This document shows, piece after piece, positions 1 through 32,518 of a DNA stretch of 64,000 nucleotides. The notes beneath the pieces are model-generated. The model searched no databases. It was not told where the DNA came from and saw nothing but the letters and a program-made list of their open reading frames with translations. The stretch is from the human T2T-CHM13v2.0 reference genome, Homo sapiens: the NCBI RefSeq assembly GCF_009914755.1, contig NC_060943.1; one strand, given 5' to 3'. Position 1 is the stretch's first letter; each line of letters begins with the position of its first letter. A program made the position numbers and the translations under genes.

Positions 1-133
1 ACACACACTGCAGTCACATGGTTTTAATCCAGTAGGAGTTTCCAGGTTCGTATTAAGATCAGGAATCTGGCTAGTGCTTTTTCCACATGGACAATCTTCT
101 TTATTTTCACAGAGTGCTTCAACCATAGGACTT
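1..133 (-). CDS. ZNF490: ZNF490 last (zinc-finger) coding exon, 5' part only; continues beyond window start
   Basis: Acceptor tttacag|AAGTCC at 133; reads (R)SPMVEALCENKEDCPCGKSTSQIPDLNTNLETPTGLKPCDCSVC; phase matches the 61-bp exon at 1258-1318. Confidence 0.93.
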
Positions 134-352
134 CTGTAAAGAATGAGTACCGTATTATTAATAGTTTTGTATTAATGATCTTATATTTATTAGCAAGTAC
201 CAGAATTACATTTTAAATATTTTCACAGAAACTGTATGTTATCTGCCCTGTCTAAATTGTTTTGAAAGCTAATATACTCAATAGTCTAGAACAGGCCGTG
301 ACCATAGCTATTATCAAAATAGTTAAAAAAAAATTATTATTATTATTTTTGA

Positions 353-511
<159 letters not shown>

Positions 512-721
512 TAGTAGAGACGGGGTCTCAAACTCCTGACCTCAGGTGATCCGCTCGCCTCAGCCTCCCAAAGTGCTGGGATTACAGGCGTGAGCCACTG
601 CGCCCAGCCAGGATTTTTAAATGCTGTTTCATAGTGATTTCTTCTCACACCCTGAACATCTATTGCTTTTTTTTTTTCCTGTAGAGACAGGTTTTCGCTA
701 TGTTGACCAGGCTGGTGTTGA

Positions 722-1082
<361 letters not shown>

Positions 1083-1257
1083 TGAGCCACCACGCCTGGC
1101 TGCCCATGACAGTTTCAATGAAACACCTTCAGTAAAAATTTTCTAAGAATGAATAAACCTGAAACTCTGCTTATTGTTTTGCTTGCTTGGCTTTTGAAAT
1201 TTATGAAATACTAAGATTCTCTCAGGGGCTATATAATTATTTGTGAATGCAACTCAC

Positions 1258-1318
1258 CTTAGATTTCTTCCCTGGTTTTTGTGTTCATCTTCAATATCCT
1301 GGTCTTTCCATTTTTCCC
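1258..1318 (-). CDS. ZNF490: ZNF490 exon 4 (61-bp KRAB-B-type exon)
   Basis: ttttag|GGGAAAAATGG...CTAAG|gtgagt; encodes GEKWKDQDIEDEHKNQGRNLR; same size as ZNF791 exon 3. Confidence 0.95.
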
Positions 1319-1404
1319 CTAAAATACAAGCCCAGAGAACTCACAATAAATTATTAGAAATTATAGAAAATTATAACACTCTAAGATCCATGATTAGCTA
1401 TTGA

Positions 1405-1683
<279 letters not shown>

Positions 1684-1808
1684 TAATCCGCCCGCCTCAG
1701 CCTCCCAAAGCACTGGGATTACAGGCGCGAGCCACCGTGCCTGGCCCCTTCCCCCATTTTAAACCTTGGAACTCAGTTGTTGTGCAAGAAACACCTGTTC
1801 CCTCCTTA

Positions 1809-1964
<156 letters not shown>

Positions 1965-2145
1965 CTAAAACATCCCCCATGTGTGTTTAGGAGGAGGAGA
2001 GAGATTCGCAGTAGTGAGGATCCATTCTCAGAATTCCTGAGAAATTCCATATAATCCTGTAGTCTCGGTTTAGTGGTATAACTTGGTTGTCAGAACTCTT
2101 GACTCTTTCCATACTCACTTCCTCATAAATTTAACACTATCGTGA

Positions 2146-2388
<243 letters not shown>

Positions 2389-2644
2389 TAGTAGAGACAG
2401 AGTTTCACCGTGTTAGCCAAGATGGTTTCCATCTCCTGACCTCGTGATCCGCCCGCCTCGGCCTCCCAAAGTGCTGAGATTACAAGCGTGAGACACCATG
2501 CCTGGTCAATTTTTATATTTTTAGTAGAGATAGGGTTTCACCACGTTGGTTAGGCTGGTGGCAAACTCCCGACCTCGTGATGTGCCCGCCTTGGCCTCCC
2601 TAAGTGCTGGGATTACAAGCATGAACCACCATGCCCGGCCAACA

Positions 2645-7228
<4,584 letters not shown>

Positions 7229-7609
7229 ACGATGAGGACAGGCTAATGACAATTCACACCATGACTGGTTGATGAATGAAACATACAACCTTTCACTCAA
7301 TTCATGAATTTTATTTTAGTAAGCCTTTATGGTGCTTCGTGAGCCAGAGACTGGTAAAGGCAATGAAAGTTCCACAGGATGCCTTGTTCAAAAGCCCATC
7401 ACTCTCTATTTTGAGAAGTGAAATAAGAGCTTTGATTAGTATCAGTAGTGTCCGGAACTCTTGCACGAATATGAGTGTCCAGGCGGAGCCTTGGATTGTG
7501 GGATTACCCTCTGTAGAGGTGTGTATTATCTTGACTTATATGGCTAGCCGTGAGGTAAAAAAAGATTCCCAGAGTTTTGTGGGTTTTTTTTTTTTTCCCT
7601 TTGAGATGA

Positions 7610-7708
<99 letters not shown>

Positions 7709-7959
7709 TGAGTAGCTGGGATTACAGGCACGAGCCACCACACCTGGCTAATTTTTTTGTATTTTTAGTAGAGACGGGGTTTCTCCATGTTGGCCAGGCT
7801 GGTCTCGAACTCCTGACCTCAAGTGATCCACCCGCCTCAGCCTCCCAAAATGCTGCAATTACAGGCGTGAGCCACCACACCCAGCCTAATATTCCCAGAG
7901 TTCTTTTACTACAAAGGTGCAACTCTTAGACAATCACTCAAGAGTGTGTAAACATGTGC

Positions 7960-9300
<1,341 letters not shown>

Positions 9301-11199
9301 CTAGGCTGGGCCTGGTGGCTTATTCCTGTAATCCCAGCACCTTGGGAGGCCAAGGCAGGAGGATTGCTAGAGCCCAGGAGTTTGAAACCAGAAATATATA
9401 TATATGATTTAAAAAATAATAAAATTCAGAACTAATGTCGGAGAGGCCTGAAAGCCAAGCACATGCAGTGTCCTTTTCTCTCTCTCTTTTTTTTTGAGAC
9501 CGAGTTTCGCTCTTGTTGTCCCCGCTGGAGTGCAAGGGTGTGATCTCGGCTCACCACAACCTCCGCCTCCCGGGTTCAAGAAATTCTCCTGCTCCCTAGT
9601 AGCTGGGATTACAGCCATGCACCACCATGCCCAGTTAATTTTGTATTTTTAGTAGAGAAGGGGGTTTCTCCATGTTGGTCAGCTCCCGACCCGCCTGTCT
9701 TAGCCTCCCAAAGTGTTTGGATAACAGGTGTGGGCCACCATGTCCAGCCTTTTTTTTAGTTGCATAATTCTTTTACTATATTTTGGAGTTGCAATTAGGT
9801 CAAAACCTAGAAAAATGCTTCATTTTTTTTTCTTTTGTGCCCTTCCTTCTTTAATCTTTCTCTGTTTTGTTTCTGTGGTCACTTGATATGCTTCCGGTTA
9901 TCTTCCTACCTTAATATTTATTAATATATTTTTTTCCTCCAGAAAACCTCAAATTGTAGGTTATGGGCCTCACCCATGGAACTGGTGGCATTAAAAGGTT
10001 TCAGGGCTGGGTGTGGCGACTCACACCTGCAATCCCAGCACTTTGGGAGGCTGAGGCAGGTGGATCACCTGAGGTCAGGAGTTTGAGACCAGCCTGGCCA
10101 ACCTGGCGAAACCCCATCTCTACTAAAAATACAAAAATCAGCCGAGTGTGTTGGCAGGTGACTGTAATCCCAGTTACGCAGGAGGCTGAGGCAGGGAGAA
10201 TTGCTTGAACCTGGGAGGCAGAGGTTGCAGTGAGCCAAGATCATGCCACTGCACTCCAGCCTGAGCAAAAGAGCAAGACTCTGTCAAAAGAAAAAAAGAA
10301 AAAGAAAAAAAGGTGATTTGGGCCAGCGCAGCAGCTCACACCTGTAATCCCAGCACTTCAGAAGGCTGAGGCAGGCAGATCACTTGAGGCCAGGAGTTCG
10401 AGAACAGCCTGGTCAATAAGATGCAATCCCATCTCTACTAAAAATACAAAAATGGGCCGGGTGTGGTGGCACACGCCTGTAATACCAGCTACTCAGGAGG
10501 CTGAGGCATAAGAATTGCTTCAACCTGGGAGGCAGGGGTTGCAGTGAACTGAGATGGTGTCACTGCACTCCAGTCTGGGCGACAGAGAAAGACTCCGTCT
10601 CAAAAAAAAAAAAAAAAAAAAAAAAGTGATTTGATCAAGGAATCCAAGGGAAAGAAACGCAAATGTTTTAATCTGTTTAGATAAGGAATTGCTTCTCCAC
10701 CGTTAAAATGGAAAACTCACAATCGAAAGGTAAATACATTCACAAGGGCCAGGCATGGTCACGCCTATAATACCAACATTTTGGGAGGCCAAGGCAAGAG
10801 GATCCCTTAAAGCCAGGCGTTCAAGACTAGCACGAGCAACACAGCAAGACCCTGTATCTACAAAATAAAAATTTGAAATTAGCCAGTAGTGGCAGATGCC
10901 TTTAGTCCCAGCTACTCAGGAGGCTGAGGCGGGAGGATCGCTTGAGATGCAGTGAGGTTTGATGGCGCCACCGCACTTCAGCCTGGGCGACACTGCGAGA
11001 CCGTGTCAAAAACAAACAAATTCCCAAACTTGAGAGCGGTAGCCCAGACAGTGGGTCAGTGCCTGGTGATGACAGCAGGGGCATCTGAGCAGCCACAGGA
11101 ACGAACTCTGGGAGCTCCACACGCCCTCCTCTCCCCTAGCTGCAAAAAAAATGTTCCCTCCTCCAGGCTTCAATTCTCACAGGTGGATTCACCTTAATG

Positions 11200-11810
11200 T
11201 TCTGACCCAAATGGATTCTCAAACACACGAGAATCCGTCATGACTTTCCCGTGGCCCCTGCACAATCTTCGGAGACGCGGGGCTGGGGGCGCCCAGCTGC
11301 CCGGAAAGGGCTCCGGGGCCGGGGCCGCAATCGCAGGGACGGGACAGAACGCCTGAGGTCCCAGCTGCCGGCCCAGCCCCACGCTGCTGGGAGACCCTCG
11401 GGTCAGCTGCGCCAGGGGGACTCGGGTCTTCCCACAGCCGGTTCCGACAAGTCCCCTCCTCAGGTCTCGGGACTCCCGGCCCCGCACACTCACCATTTCT
11501 CGGCTTACAGAGGCTCCAGGAGTCCTCCCTACGGATCCCTCACTACCTGCAGGTCCCAGTGAGACAAAGCATACGCAGAGCCACAGACAGTCCGAGGCTG
11601 GGACGCAATCCTAGCGAACCGCTAGAATAAGGATGTTCACACGCGCATTCAGAGCTAGGGTGCAAGCGCCTTTTCAACACCGATGCTGACTGGACAGTTT
11701 GTGTGCCCCCGCCCCCTGACCCCTGAGTGACAGCCATGCAGGAGGGCACGTGGTTGAGCCGAGCTAGCTTCCCAGAGTGGGTTTTCCCGGCGGGGATATT
11801 TGCATGTAAG
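11200..11810 (-). promoter_or_regulatory. KZNF-type CpG-island promoter and first exon (ATG|gt) inside ZNF490 intron 2
   Basis: Minus strand ...gtaagccgagaaATG|gtgagtgtgcggggccgggag (ATG 11496-11494); ~270 bp downstream is clearly homologous to the start of ZNF791 intron 1; GC box ~11706-11716, E-box CACGTG 11747-11752, E2F-like TTTTCCCGGC ~11782, octamer ATTTGCAT 11798-11805. Confidence 0.8.
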
Positions 11811-11899
11811 AGGAATTTGTTCTTTGCCCGAGGTCCATTTTTAAGTGGCCTATTCAGTAGTGTTAAGTGTAGTTACATTGTGAAACCAATCTCTAGAAC

Positions 11900-12145
11900 T
11901 GATTTAATCTTGCAAATTTGAAACTCTTTATTGATTGAATAACATCCCATTTACCGCTCACCCTCAGCCCCTGACACCTACTATTCGACTTTTTGATTGT
12001 GTGAATTTCACTGTGGGTACCTCATATAGGTGGAATTATTCTGTATTTGTCCTTTTCCGACTGACTTATTTCACTTAGCATAATGTCCTCAATCTTCCTG
12101 ATGTTGTAGCATGTGTCAGAATTTACTTCCTTTTAAGACATTTAA
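11900..12145 (-). mobile_element. Old L1M 3'-end fragment
   Basis: gacttatttcacttagcataatgtcctc motif typical of L1MA/MB 3' ends. Confidence 0.65.
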
Positions 12146-12458
12146 AGGCCAGGCACGTTGGCTCAAGCCTGTAATCTCAGCACTTCGGGAGGATCCCTTG
12201 AGGCCAGGATTTTCACACCAGCCTGGGTAACACTGTAAGAACCCGCCTCTACAAAATTAAAAATTAAAAATTAAGAAATATAGATTCCGGCCGGGTGCGG
12301 AGGCTCTCGCTTGTAATCCCAGCACTTTGGGAGGCCGAGGCGGGCGGATCACGAGGTCAAGTGATCGAGACCATCCTGGCCAACATGGTCAAACCCTGTC
12401 TCTACTAAAAATACAAAAATTAGCTGGGCGTGGTGGCACGCGCCTGTAATCCCAGCTA

Positions 12459-15175
<2,717 letters not shown>

Positions 15176-15541
15176 TGTCCTAGCACTTTGGGAAGCCAAG
15201 GTGGGTGGATCACTTAAGCCCAGGAGTTCCAGACCAGCCTGGCCAACATGACACAACCTGTCTCTCCAAAAAATACAAAAATTAGCCAGGTGTGGTGGTG
15301 CACGCCTGTAGCCCCAGCTACTTGGGAGGCTGAGGTGGGAGGATCCTTTGAGCCTGGAAGGCAGAGACTGCAGTGAGCTGAGGCTCACAGCTTTCCAGTC
15401 AGGGAGACAGGGTAAGACCCTGTCTCAAAAAAAAAAGAAAAAAAAAAGGCCAGGCGCGTTGGCTTACGCCTGTAATCCCAGCACTTTCGGAGGCCAAGGC
15501 GGGTAGATCACGAGGTCAGGAGATCGAGACCATCCTGGCTA

Positions 15542-15769
<228 letters not shown>

Positions 15770-16224
15770 TCACCCAGGCTAGACTAGAGTGGTACAATCA
15801 TAGCTCACTGCAGCCAAAACTCCCAGGCTCCAGCAATCCTCCTCCCTCAGCCATCAAGCAGCTGGGACTACAGGTGTATGCCACAAACCTGGCTAATTTT
15901 TTTTTATAAGATATGAGGTTGCACTATATTGCCCAGGCTGGTCTTGAACTCCAGGACTCAGATGATCATGCCACTGTGCTCGGCCCAATTTTATTATTTT
16001 TTGTATGTCTATCCAACTGTCACAACACCAATTTATGAAAATAATATTCTAGGCCAGGTGCGGTGGCATAGGCCTGTAATCCCAGCACTTTGGGAGGCCA
16101 AGGCGGGCGGATCACGAGGTCAGGAGATCGAGACCATCCTGGCTAACATGGTGAAACCCTGTCTCTACTAAAAATACAAAAAAAATTAGCCGGGCTTGGT
16201 GGCAGGCTCCTGTAGTCCCAGCTA

Positions 16225-16411
<187 letters not shown>

Positions 16412-16415
16412 TCAC

Positions 16416-16420
<5 letters not shown>

Positions 16421-16473
<53 letters not shown>
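16421..16473. repeat. (AC)n microsatellite, ~26 units
   Basis: Read directly. Confidence 0.95.
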
Positions 16474-16480
<7 letters not shown>

Positions 16481-16538
16481 GGGCCTATTTCTGGAATTTC
16501 AATTTCATGCCATTGATCTCTATGTCTGAATTGCCTCA

Positions 16539-16922
<384 letters not shown>

Positions 16923-17138
16923 CTAGAGGGTAATGGTCATCTACACAGTGCAGCCCATCATGTATATTTCTTTTTTTTTTTTTTTGTCGAGACAAGGTTT
17001 CACTATGGTTATGCAGGCTAGAGTACAGTGGTGTGATCTCGGCTTACTGCAGCCTTGACCTCCCAGGCTCAGATGATTCTCTCACCTCAGCCTCCCGAGA
17101 AGCTGGGCCTACAGGTGCGCACCACCACGCCGGGCTAG

Positions 17139-17381
<243 letters not shown>

Positions 17382-17448
17382 TGAATCAAACTGCAGAGAG
17401 AGGGTATCATTTTGAGTACCACCCCCCAGTTTGGTGGAAAAGAAAGTT

Positions 17449-20200
<2,752 letters not shown>

Positions 20201-20613
20201 TGTATTTGAGACCCTCGAATAGGATTTTTTTTTTAATTTAATTTTTTTTTTTGAGACAGAGTTTTGCTCTTGTTGCCCAGGCTGGCGTGCAATGATCTTG
20301 GCTCACCGCAACCTCCACCTCCCGGGTTCAAGCAATTATCCTGCCTCAGCCTCCCAAGTAGCTGGGATTACAGGCATGTGCCACCACGTCCCGCTAATTT
20401 TGTATTTTTAGTAGAAACAGGGTTTCTCCATGTTGGTCAGGCTGGTCTCAAACTCCCGACCTCAGGTGATCCACCCACCTCGGCCTCCCAAAGTGCAGGG
20501 ATTACAGGCATGAGCCACCATGCCTGGCCTAAAATAGGATTTTTTTTTTTTTTCATTTTAGAGACAGAGACTCACTCTATTGCCCAAGCTGGAGTGCAGT
20601 GGCACAATCATAG

Positions 20614-20913
<300 letters not shown>

Positions 20914-21405
20914 TGAACTCCTGACCTCAAGTGATTTACCCACCTCAGCCTCCCAAAGTGCTAGGATTACAGGTGTGAGCCACTGCACCTGGCCAATTTT
21001 TTTTATTTTTATAGAGACAGGATTTCACTCTGTTGCCCAGGCTTTGATGTCCTTTTATAAAAGGAATCACTGGAAGATTTTTATTTTAATGATCAGCAAA
21101 GGCCTAAAAGTCCATGACCATTCACAAGTATCATTTCCATATGGTAGATTTCCAGCACATGTTAGGAAAGAAAAAAAATGAACAGCTTTGTGTTTTACTA
21201 AAGAACAAATAAAATCCCATTTTTATTCAATATTTCAATAATTTATGTTTGCACATCACTGTGGTGACTAATGTGATTTCATAATCATTAGTATTTCATT
21301 TGATTAGCCCCACCCAATCATACCTCCCATCTTGCAAATGAAAAAAGTTAAGTATGGAGAGCACAAAGTCTTGTCTAAACTCGTATGGCTCATAAGTAAT
21401 AATGA

Positions 21406-21783
<378 letters not shown>

Positions 21784-22099
21784 TAGGGAGCCTGTGAAGT
21801 TGAGTCTACAGTGAGCTGTGATCTTGCCACTGCACTCCAGCCTGGGTGACAGAACATAATAGTAATAGTAATACAATATAATAACAATAATAATAATGGA
21901 ACTTCTCAGTATTAAAGTCCAAATGTGTGCCACCACATATACTGAGCACTGTCAAAAACTGAAAACTCAGGCCAGGCATAGTGACTCACACCTGTAATCC
22001 CTGCACTTTGGGAGGTTGAGGCAGGAGAATTGCTTGAAGCCAGGAGCTTGAGACCAGCCTGGGCAACACAGCAAGATCCCTGTCTCAAAAAAAAAAAAA

Positions 22100-23543
<1,444 letters not shown>

Positions 23544-24017
23544 CTAATTAGAAACAAGAGGATGCATTTTGTGAGTTTCAGCAATTTAGAACTAAACATG
23601 ACCTTTGACAGCCTTGGAAGCATTGTTCCCCCTGCATCTACCTGTACACACAGAGCTACCAGAAGGGTGGATCATGGGAGTTTTCAAGATTACACTGTCT
23701 CCTCTATAATGGGAAAAATGAAATATGTTTCTACTTTAAAAAAAAAATTTAGAGACAGTCTCTCTCTCTCCCAGGCTGGAATGCAGTGGCACAATCTTGG
23801 CTCACTGTAACCTCAAACTCTTAGCCTTGAGATCCTTCTGCCTCAGCCTCCGAAGGAGCTAGGACTACAGGTGAACACCATACCCAGCTAATTTTTAAAA
23901 ATTTTTTGAGAAATGGGGTCTCGCTATGTTGCCCAGGCTGGTTTTGGGCTCTTGGTCTTTCCAAGTTCTGTAGGGACACTTTAGAAAACTTATTTGAGAT
24001 AAATTTCCTTCCACTTT

Positions 24018-24345
24018 ACAGCAACACGGATGGAACTGGAGGCCATTATCCTAAGTGCGATGATGCAAAAACAGAAAGTCAAAAACTGCATCTTCTTACA
24101 TATAAGTGGGAGCTAAACAATGGGTAAACATGGACATACAGAATGGAATAATAGACATTGGAGATGCCAATAGGTTGGACAGAGAGGGGGGATGAGGGAT
24201 GAAATATTACCTATTGGGTACAATATACACTCTTTGGGTGATGGGTGCACTAAAAGCCAGACTTCGCCACTATGAAATATATCCACGTAACACAAGTGCA
24301 TTTGTAACCATAAATCTACAAAAATAAAAATAAAAATGAAAAGCA
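24018..24345 (+). mobile_element. L1PB-like 3' end
   Basis: gcaacacggatggaactggaggccattatcctaagtg...attacctattgggtacaatatacac...A-rich tail. Confidence 0.8.
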
Positions 24346-24903
24346 ATAAAAACATGCTTAAACTAAAAACAAACAAACAAAAAAACAACGAAAACAAACC
24401 ATTTCCTTCCAGAGTAAAACGCAGTTTACTGAGCACGTCTCATAGATCGTGATTGGTCTGAAGAGTCCCTGTGCCCAGGTTAGGGTTGCAATTTACCACC
24501 CGAGCCAAGTGCTCGGGTGTCCTACGGATTGTTTTTTCTTTCTTTCCTTTTTTTTTTTTCTTGGGATGGGTTCTGGCCATGTTGCCCAGACTGAACTCAA
24601 ACTCCTGGAGTCAGGCGATCCACCCGCCTCAGCCCACCCACCCCCCGACCTCCCCCACCGCCCCCACCACGCAGTAGCTGGGACTACGGGTGTGCGCCAC
24701 CAAGCCCTGCCTTGGGGTTCCTTTTCTAAAGTGCCAAATGTGTGGAGGTGGGGAAAAGAAAGGTGGACGCCTCAACGCTGTTATGGTCAAAGATTAAAAT
24801 GCAACCACACTTTTTATTACACATGATGGGGTAACCGTCTGTTTATAAACAAGGGTCACTATTCCACGAGAGGCCTTACAACATTATGCCAAGCCCCTGG
24901 TAC

Positions 24904-25020
24904 CTGGAGGACATCAGACCCTCCTGTTCCTGTGCGGCCTTGACTAGACGACCACTTGCTCTGGACTTGCTCCTCGAGGGGTCGCTCCATCTGGAAACTG
25001 AGACTGGAATTCCTGCGCAT
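24904..25020 (-). CDS. ZNF490: ZNF490 exon 1 coding part (39 aa)
   Basis: ATG at 25020; MRRNSSLSFQMERPLEEQVQSKWSSSQGRTGTGGSDVLQ then donor CAG|gtacca. Confidence 0.9.
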
Positions 25021-25419
25021 CCCTGTCCCCGCATCCAGAAACACTGCAGGAAGACTTCCGTGTCCGACCCGAGATCCGGAACAATTTCTGCTTCAACACA
25101 ATTGTCCACGGAGGGCACCAGTTCCGTCCCACCGGCGGAAGCGAGATCTGCCTAGCTACTAGACCTGCTGCCTAGCTGTCATTCGGACAAAAAGGGGCGG
25201 GGCTGTATAATTGTCCAATCAGGGGCGGCGCCGGAAAGGAGGGTACGGCTACGCTGCGCAAATGCGTGCTACGTCACTGTGCGATCGGGTTGTGCTTAGC
25301 TTGGGGTCTCCTGGCCCCTTGACGCGTCAGGTTGCTGTACCCCTGCATCGGATGCGCTGTACCCTGCGCTGGCTCCGTGAACCTTAGGGACAACACCGGG
25401 ACACCCGCGAGGCCGGAAA

Positions 25420-25422
25420 ATG
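25420..25422 (+). CDS. ZNF791: ZNF791 exon 1 start codon (ATG|gt)
   Basis: ggccggaaaATG|gtgagtgtgcagggccgg, the typical 19p KZNF first-exon end. Confidence 0.9.
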
Positions 25423-26648
25423 GTGAGTGTGCAGGGCCGGACTAGTTGGAACCGGCCGTGATCGCGGGACCCGGGCCTCCCCACGGTCACCTCCGGCCGC
25501 AGTGTGGGGCTGGGCTGGCAGCTGGAACTCCAAGCGTCCTGTCCCGTCCCTGCGCGGCGACTGCGGTCCCAGCCCCGGAGCCCTCTCTGGACAACTCCGC
25601 GCCCGCAGCCCCGCGTCTTTCCCAGATCGTGCAGGGACCACGGGAGGGTCCTGGGGAGAATCCCGCCTTGTGTGTTTGGTTTGTGTGGGAGGAGCTACAG
25701 TCTGGGGTTCCCAGTCCCTTCTTTCTTCCCAAAGGCTGTTTCCCCCTGAGTCTTCCAAAGATGTTGGAAGCAGAGTCTCAAATCCACTACCCTGTCCCCC
25801 CAGCCTAGCTCCTCCCACGGCGGGCCATTAATCCCTAGATTTCCGGATCCCTCCCCGCATTCCCAAACGCCTACTTCCGCTCGCCAGTGGAAAACATCGT
25901 CACCAACTCTTTGTCCTGTGTGGTGCATTTCAAACACACGCAGTATTTTAATAATCTTTTTTCCAATAGATGCCTCTTTTAAACGATTTATTTCTTGTTT
26001 GTGGATATTTTACATCAGAGAAAAATCAGAAAAATTATTCACTTGGAACTAATCTGCATAAAATGCTGTGCCCCTCATCCTGGTACCTTTCCAGGGCACA
26101 GACATCCTATGGGAACTCCTTTGCGTTGAGGTTCCTTTTTGTAAACTTTCCTGGGTAATCTATCTTTTCAGCACAGTTTCAGATTGGCACTGTCCCGCCT
26201 TGGGTTTATGACCTTGAAAAGATTTATTCACTCGAATGTCATTTTTCCAATAAATATAAAATATATGTTATCAGAAGAACTTGAGAGACAGTACAAAATA
26301 TTTCCAAAGGGCAAAAAAGAAATGAATCTCAGAAAACAAAAAACATCCCAATATTACATTTGTTAAAAATTCTTTGTTCTTTCCCTGAGCACATGGAATA
26401 TGTTTCTCAGGTCTGTTCTTTTAGTTTGATGTTTCAGATGGTATTCCAGGACTTAAACTTGCAACATCTAGAAGCATTCAGATAGAAGTAATACTTTTGT
26501 AAACTATTTATTGCCATGGAAATAATTAACTGACATTATTATTTTCTTTTTTTTTTTTTTAACAGATGGGGTCTGGCTGTGTTGCTCAGGCTGATCTTGA
26601 ACTCCTGGGCTCAAGCGATCCTCCACCCTCAGCATCCCAAAGTGCTAG

Positions 26649-27023
<375 letters not shown>

Positions 27024-27736
27024 TGATCTCCTGACCTCATGATCCTCCCGCCTTGGCCTCCCAAAATGCTGGGATTACAGGCATGAGCCACCACGCCAGG
27101 CCTTTTGCTTCCTTTATACGTAAACACTGTGTTTAAGTAATTCTGCTGGATTTTTTTTTTTTTTTTTTTTTTAAAGACCAAGTCTTGCTCTTTTGCCCAG
27201 GCTGGAGTGCAGTGGCACAATTTTGGCTTACTGCAACCTCCGCACTTGGAAGCTGAGGAGCCACAGGCAGATGCTGTTAGGGGAAGAGGGGAGGATGTCT
27301 GAGGTTTTAATTGTGGTTTCCTTGGGTGTGTTTTTAGACATTACATTTGAGTTTCACATCTGTAAGGTAGGTACACTGAGTGTAATTGGTGCATATTGAC
27401 AGCCATTCTCCTGCCTTAGCCTCCCAAGTACCTGGGATTACAGGCACACACCACTATGCCCGGCTAATTTTTTTGTATTTTGAGTAGAGGCGGGGTTTCA
27501 CCATGTTGGCCAGTCCGGTCTCGAACTCCGGACTGCAGGTGATCCACCCGCCTCAGCCTCCCAAAGTGCTGGGATTATAGGTGTGAGCCATCGTGCCAGG
27601 CCTTCTGCTGGATGTTTAAGGAACAATCCTTAAGAATTTAAGGGCCCGGCACGGTGGCTCATGCCTGTAATCCCAGCACTTTGGGAGGCCAAGGAGGGCG
27701 GATCACGAGGTCAGGAGCTGGAGACCATCCTGGCTA

Positions 27737-27943
<207 letters not shown>

Positions 27944-28552
27944 TTAAATTGTCTCATTTAAAATTACTAGTAGTGTTCCAGAGCCTTGTGACTGGGGAGC
28001 AGAGGCCTGAGATAAGTGATTCCAAGCTAAGTCCACCTTTGAGCCTGCAAAGAAAGATCATTGAAGGCCCAATTGGTTCTTCCTGGGGAGCCTCCCCTAC
28101 AGGTCTGCCAGCTACTCATATGCCCACCATGGAAGGATCCTCTTGTACTGAAAGAAACTGCAGAGCACTTGGAGGCTGAGGATGCACAGGCAGATGCTGT
28201 TAGGGGAAGAGGGGAGGATGTCTGAGGTTTTAATTGTGGTTTCCTTGGGTGTGTTTTTAGACATTACGTTTTGAGTTTCACTTCCGTAATATAGGTGTAC
28301 TGGGTGTAATTGGTGCATATTGACAGTGTCTGTGAAGGTCAGGACTTATGTTTCCTAGAGACAGGGTTAATGAATTGGGGAGCTCATTTGCATCAGAACC
28401 TCAATCTCAATCTGGTTGAGAGTTTCCTCACTTGGGAAAACGGAAACCTAGGGAAGCTAATGTTTCTTTGCTGCCATAGGAGAGAAGGAGGTGTGGAGCT
28501 CCCATAGTTCCTTGCTGATCAGGTGCTTCTATCCTCCATTACCAGGTACTGA

Positions 28553-29168
<616 letters not shown>

Positions 29169-29232
29169 TAGGTGATCTGCCCACCTTGGCCTCCCAGAGG
29201 GCTGGGATTACAGGTGTGAGCCACTGCGTCCG

Positions 29233-29278
<46 letters not shown>

Positions 29279-29359
29279 ATACAGCGTCTCACTCTGTTGC
29301 CCAAGCTGGTCTGGAACTCCTGGCCTCAGGCCGTCCTCCCACCTTAGTCTCCTATGTTC

Positions 29360-29391
<32 letters not shown>

Positions 29392-29639
29392 GAGACAGGG
29401 TCCCACTCCGTCGCCCAGGCTGGAGTGCAGTGATGTGATCATTGCTCACTGCAGCCTCCACCTCCTGGGCTCAAGTGATCCTCCTGCCTCCTCTGAGTAG
29501 CTGGGACTGCATGCATGCACCACAATGCCCATCTAATTTTCGTATTTTCTGTAGAGATGGGGTTTCGCCATATTGCCCAGGCTGGTCTGGAACTCCTGGG
29601 CTCGAGCACTTCTCCCGCCCTGGCCTCCCACAGCGCATG

Positions 29640-32140
<2,501 letters not shown>

Positions 32141-32329
32141 TGCTGGAACTCTTTTTTTTTTTTTTTTTTTTTTTTTGGAGACAGGGTATTACCCTGTCAC
32201 CAGGCTGGAATGCAGTGGCATGATCTCAGCCTACTACAACCACCACCTCAGCCTTCTGAGTAGCTGGAACTACAGGTGCGTGCCACATACAGGGCTAAAT
32301 TTTGCTTTTTTTTTTTTTTTTTTTTTTGA

Positions 32330-32518
<189 letters not shown>

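Larger units (their letters stand above)
24850..25700. promoter_or_regulatory. Bidirectional CpG-island promoter shared by ZNF490 and ZNF791
   Basis: CpG-rich; divergent ATGs 400 bp apart (25020 -, 25420 +); GC box GGGGCGGGG 25194-25202, CCAAT 25215-25219, ETS-like CCGGAA 25231-25236, ACGTCA half-CRE ~25271. Confidence 0.9.

Noticed and set aside
11194-11562. 100-aa ORFs at the intronic CpG island
   Set aside because: The ATG is followed directly by a consensus donor; the rest is GC-rich intron sequence with few stops.
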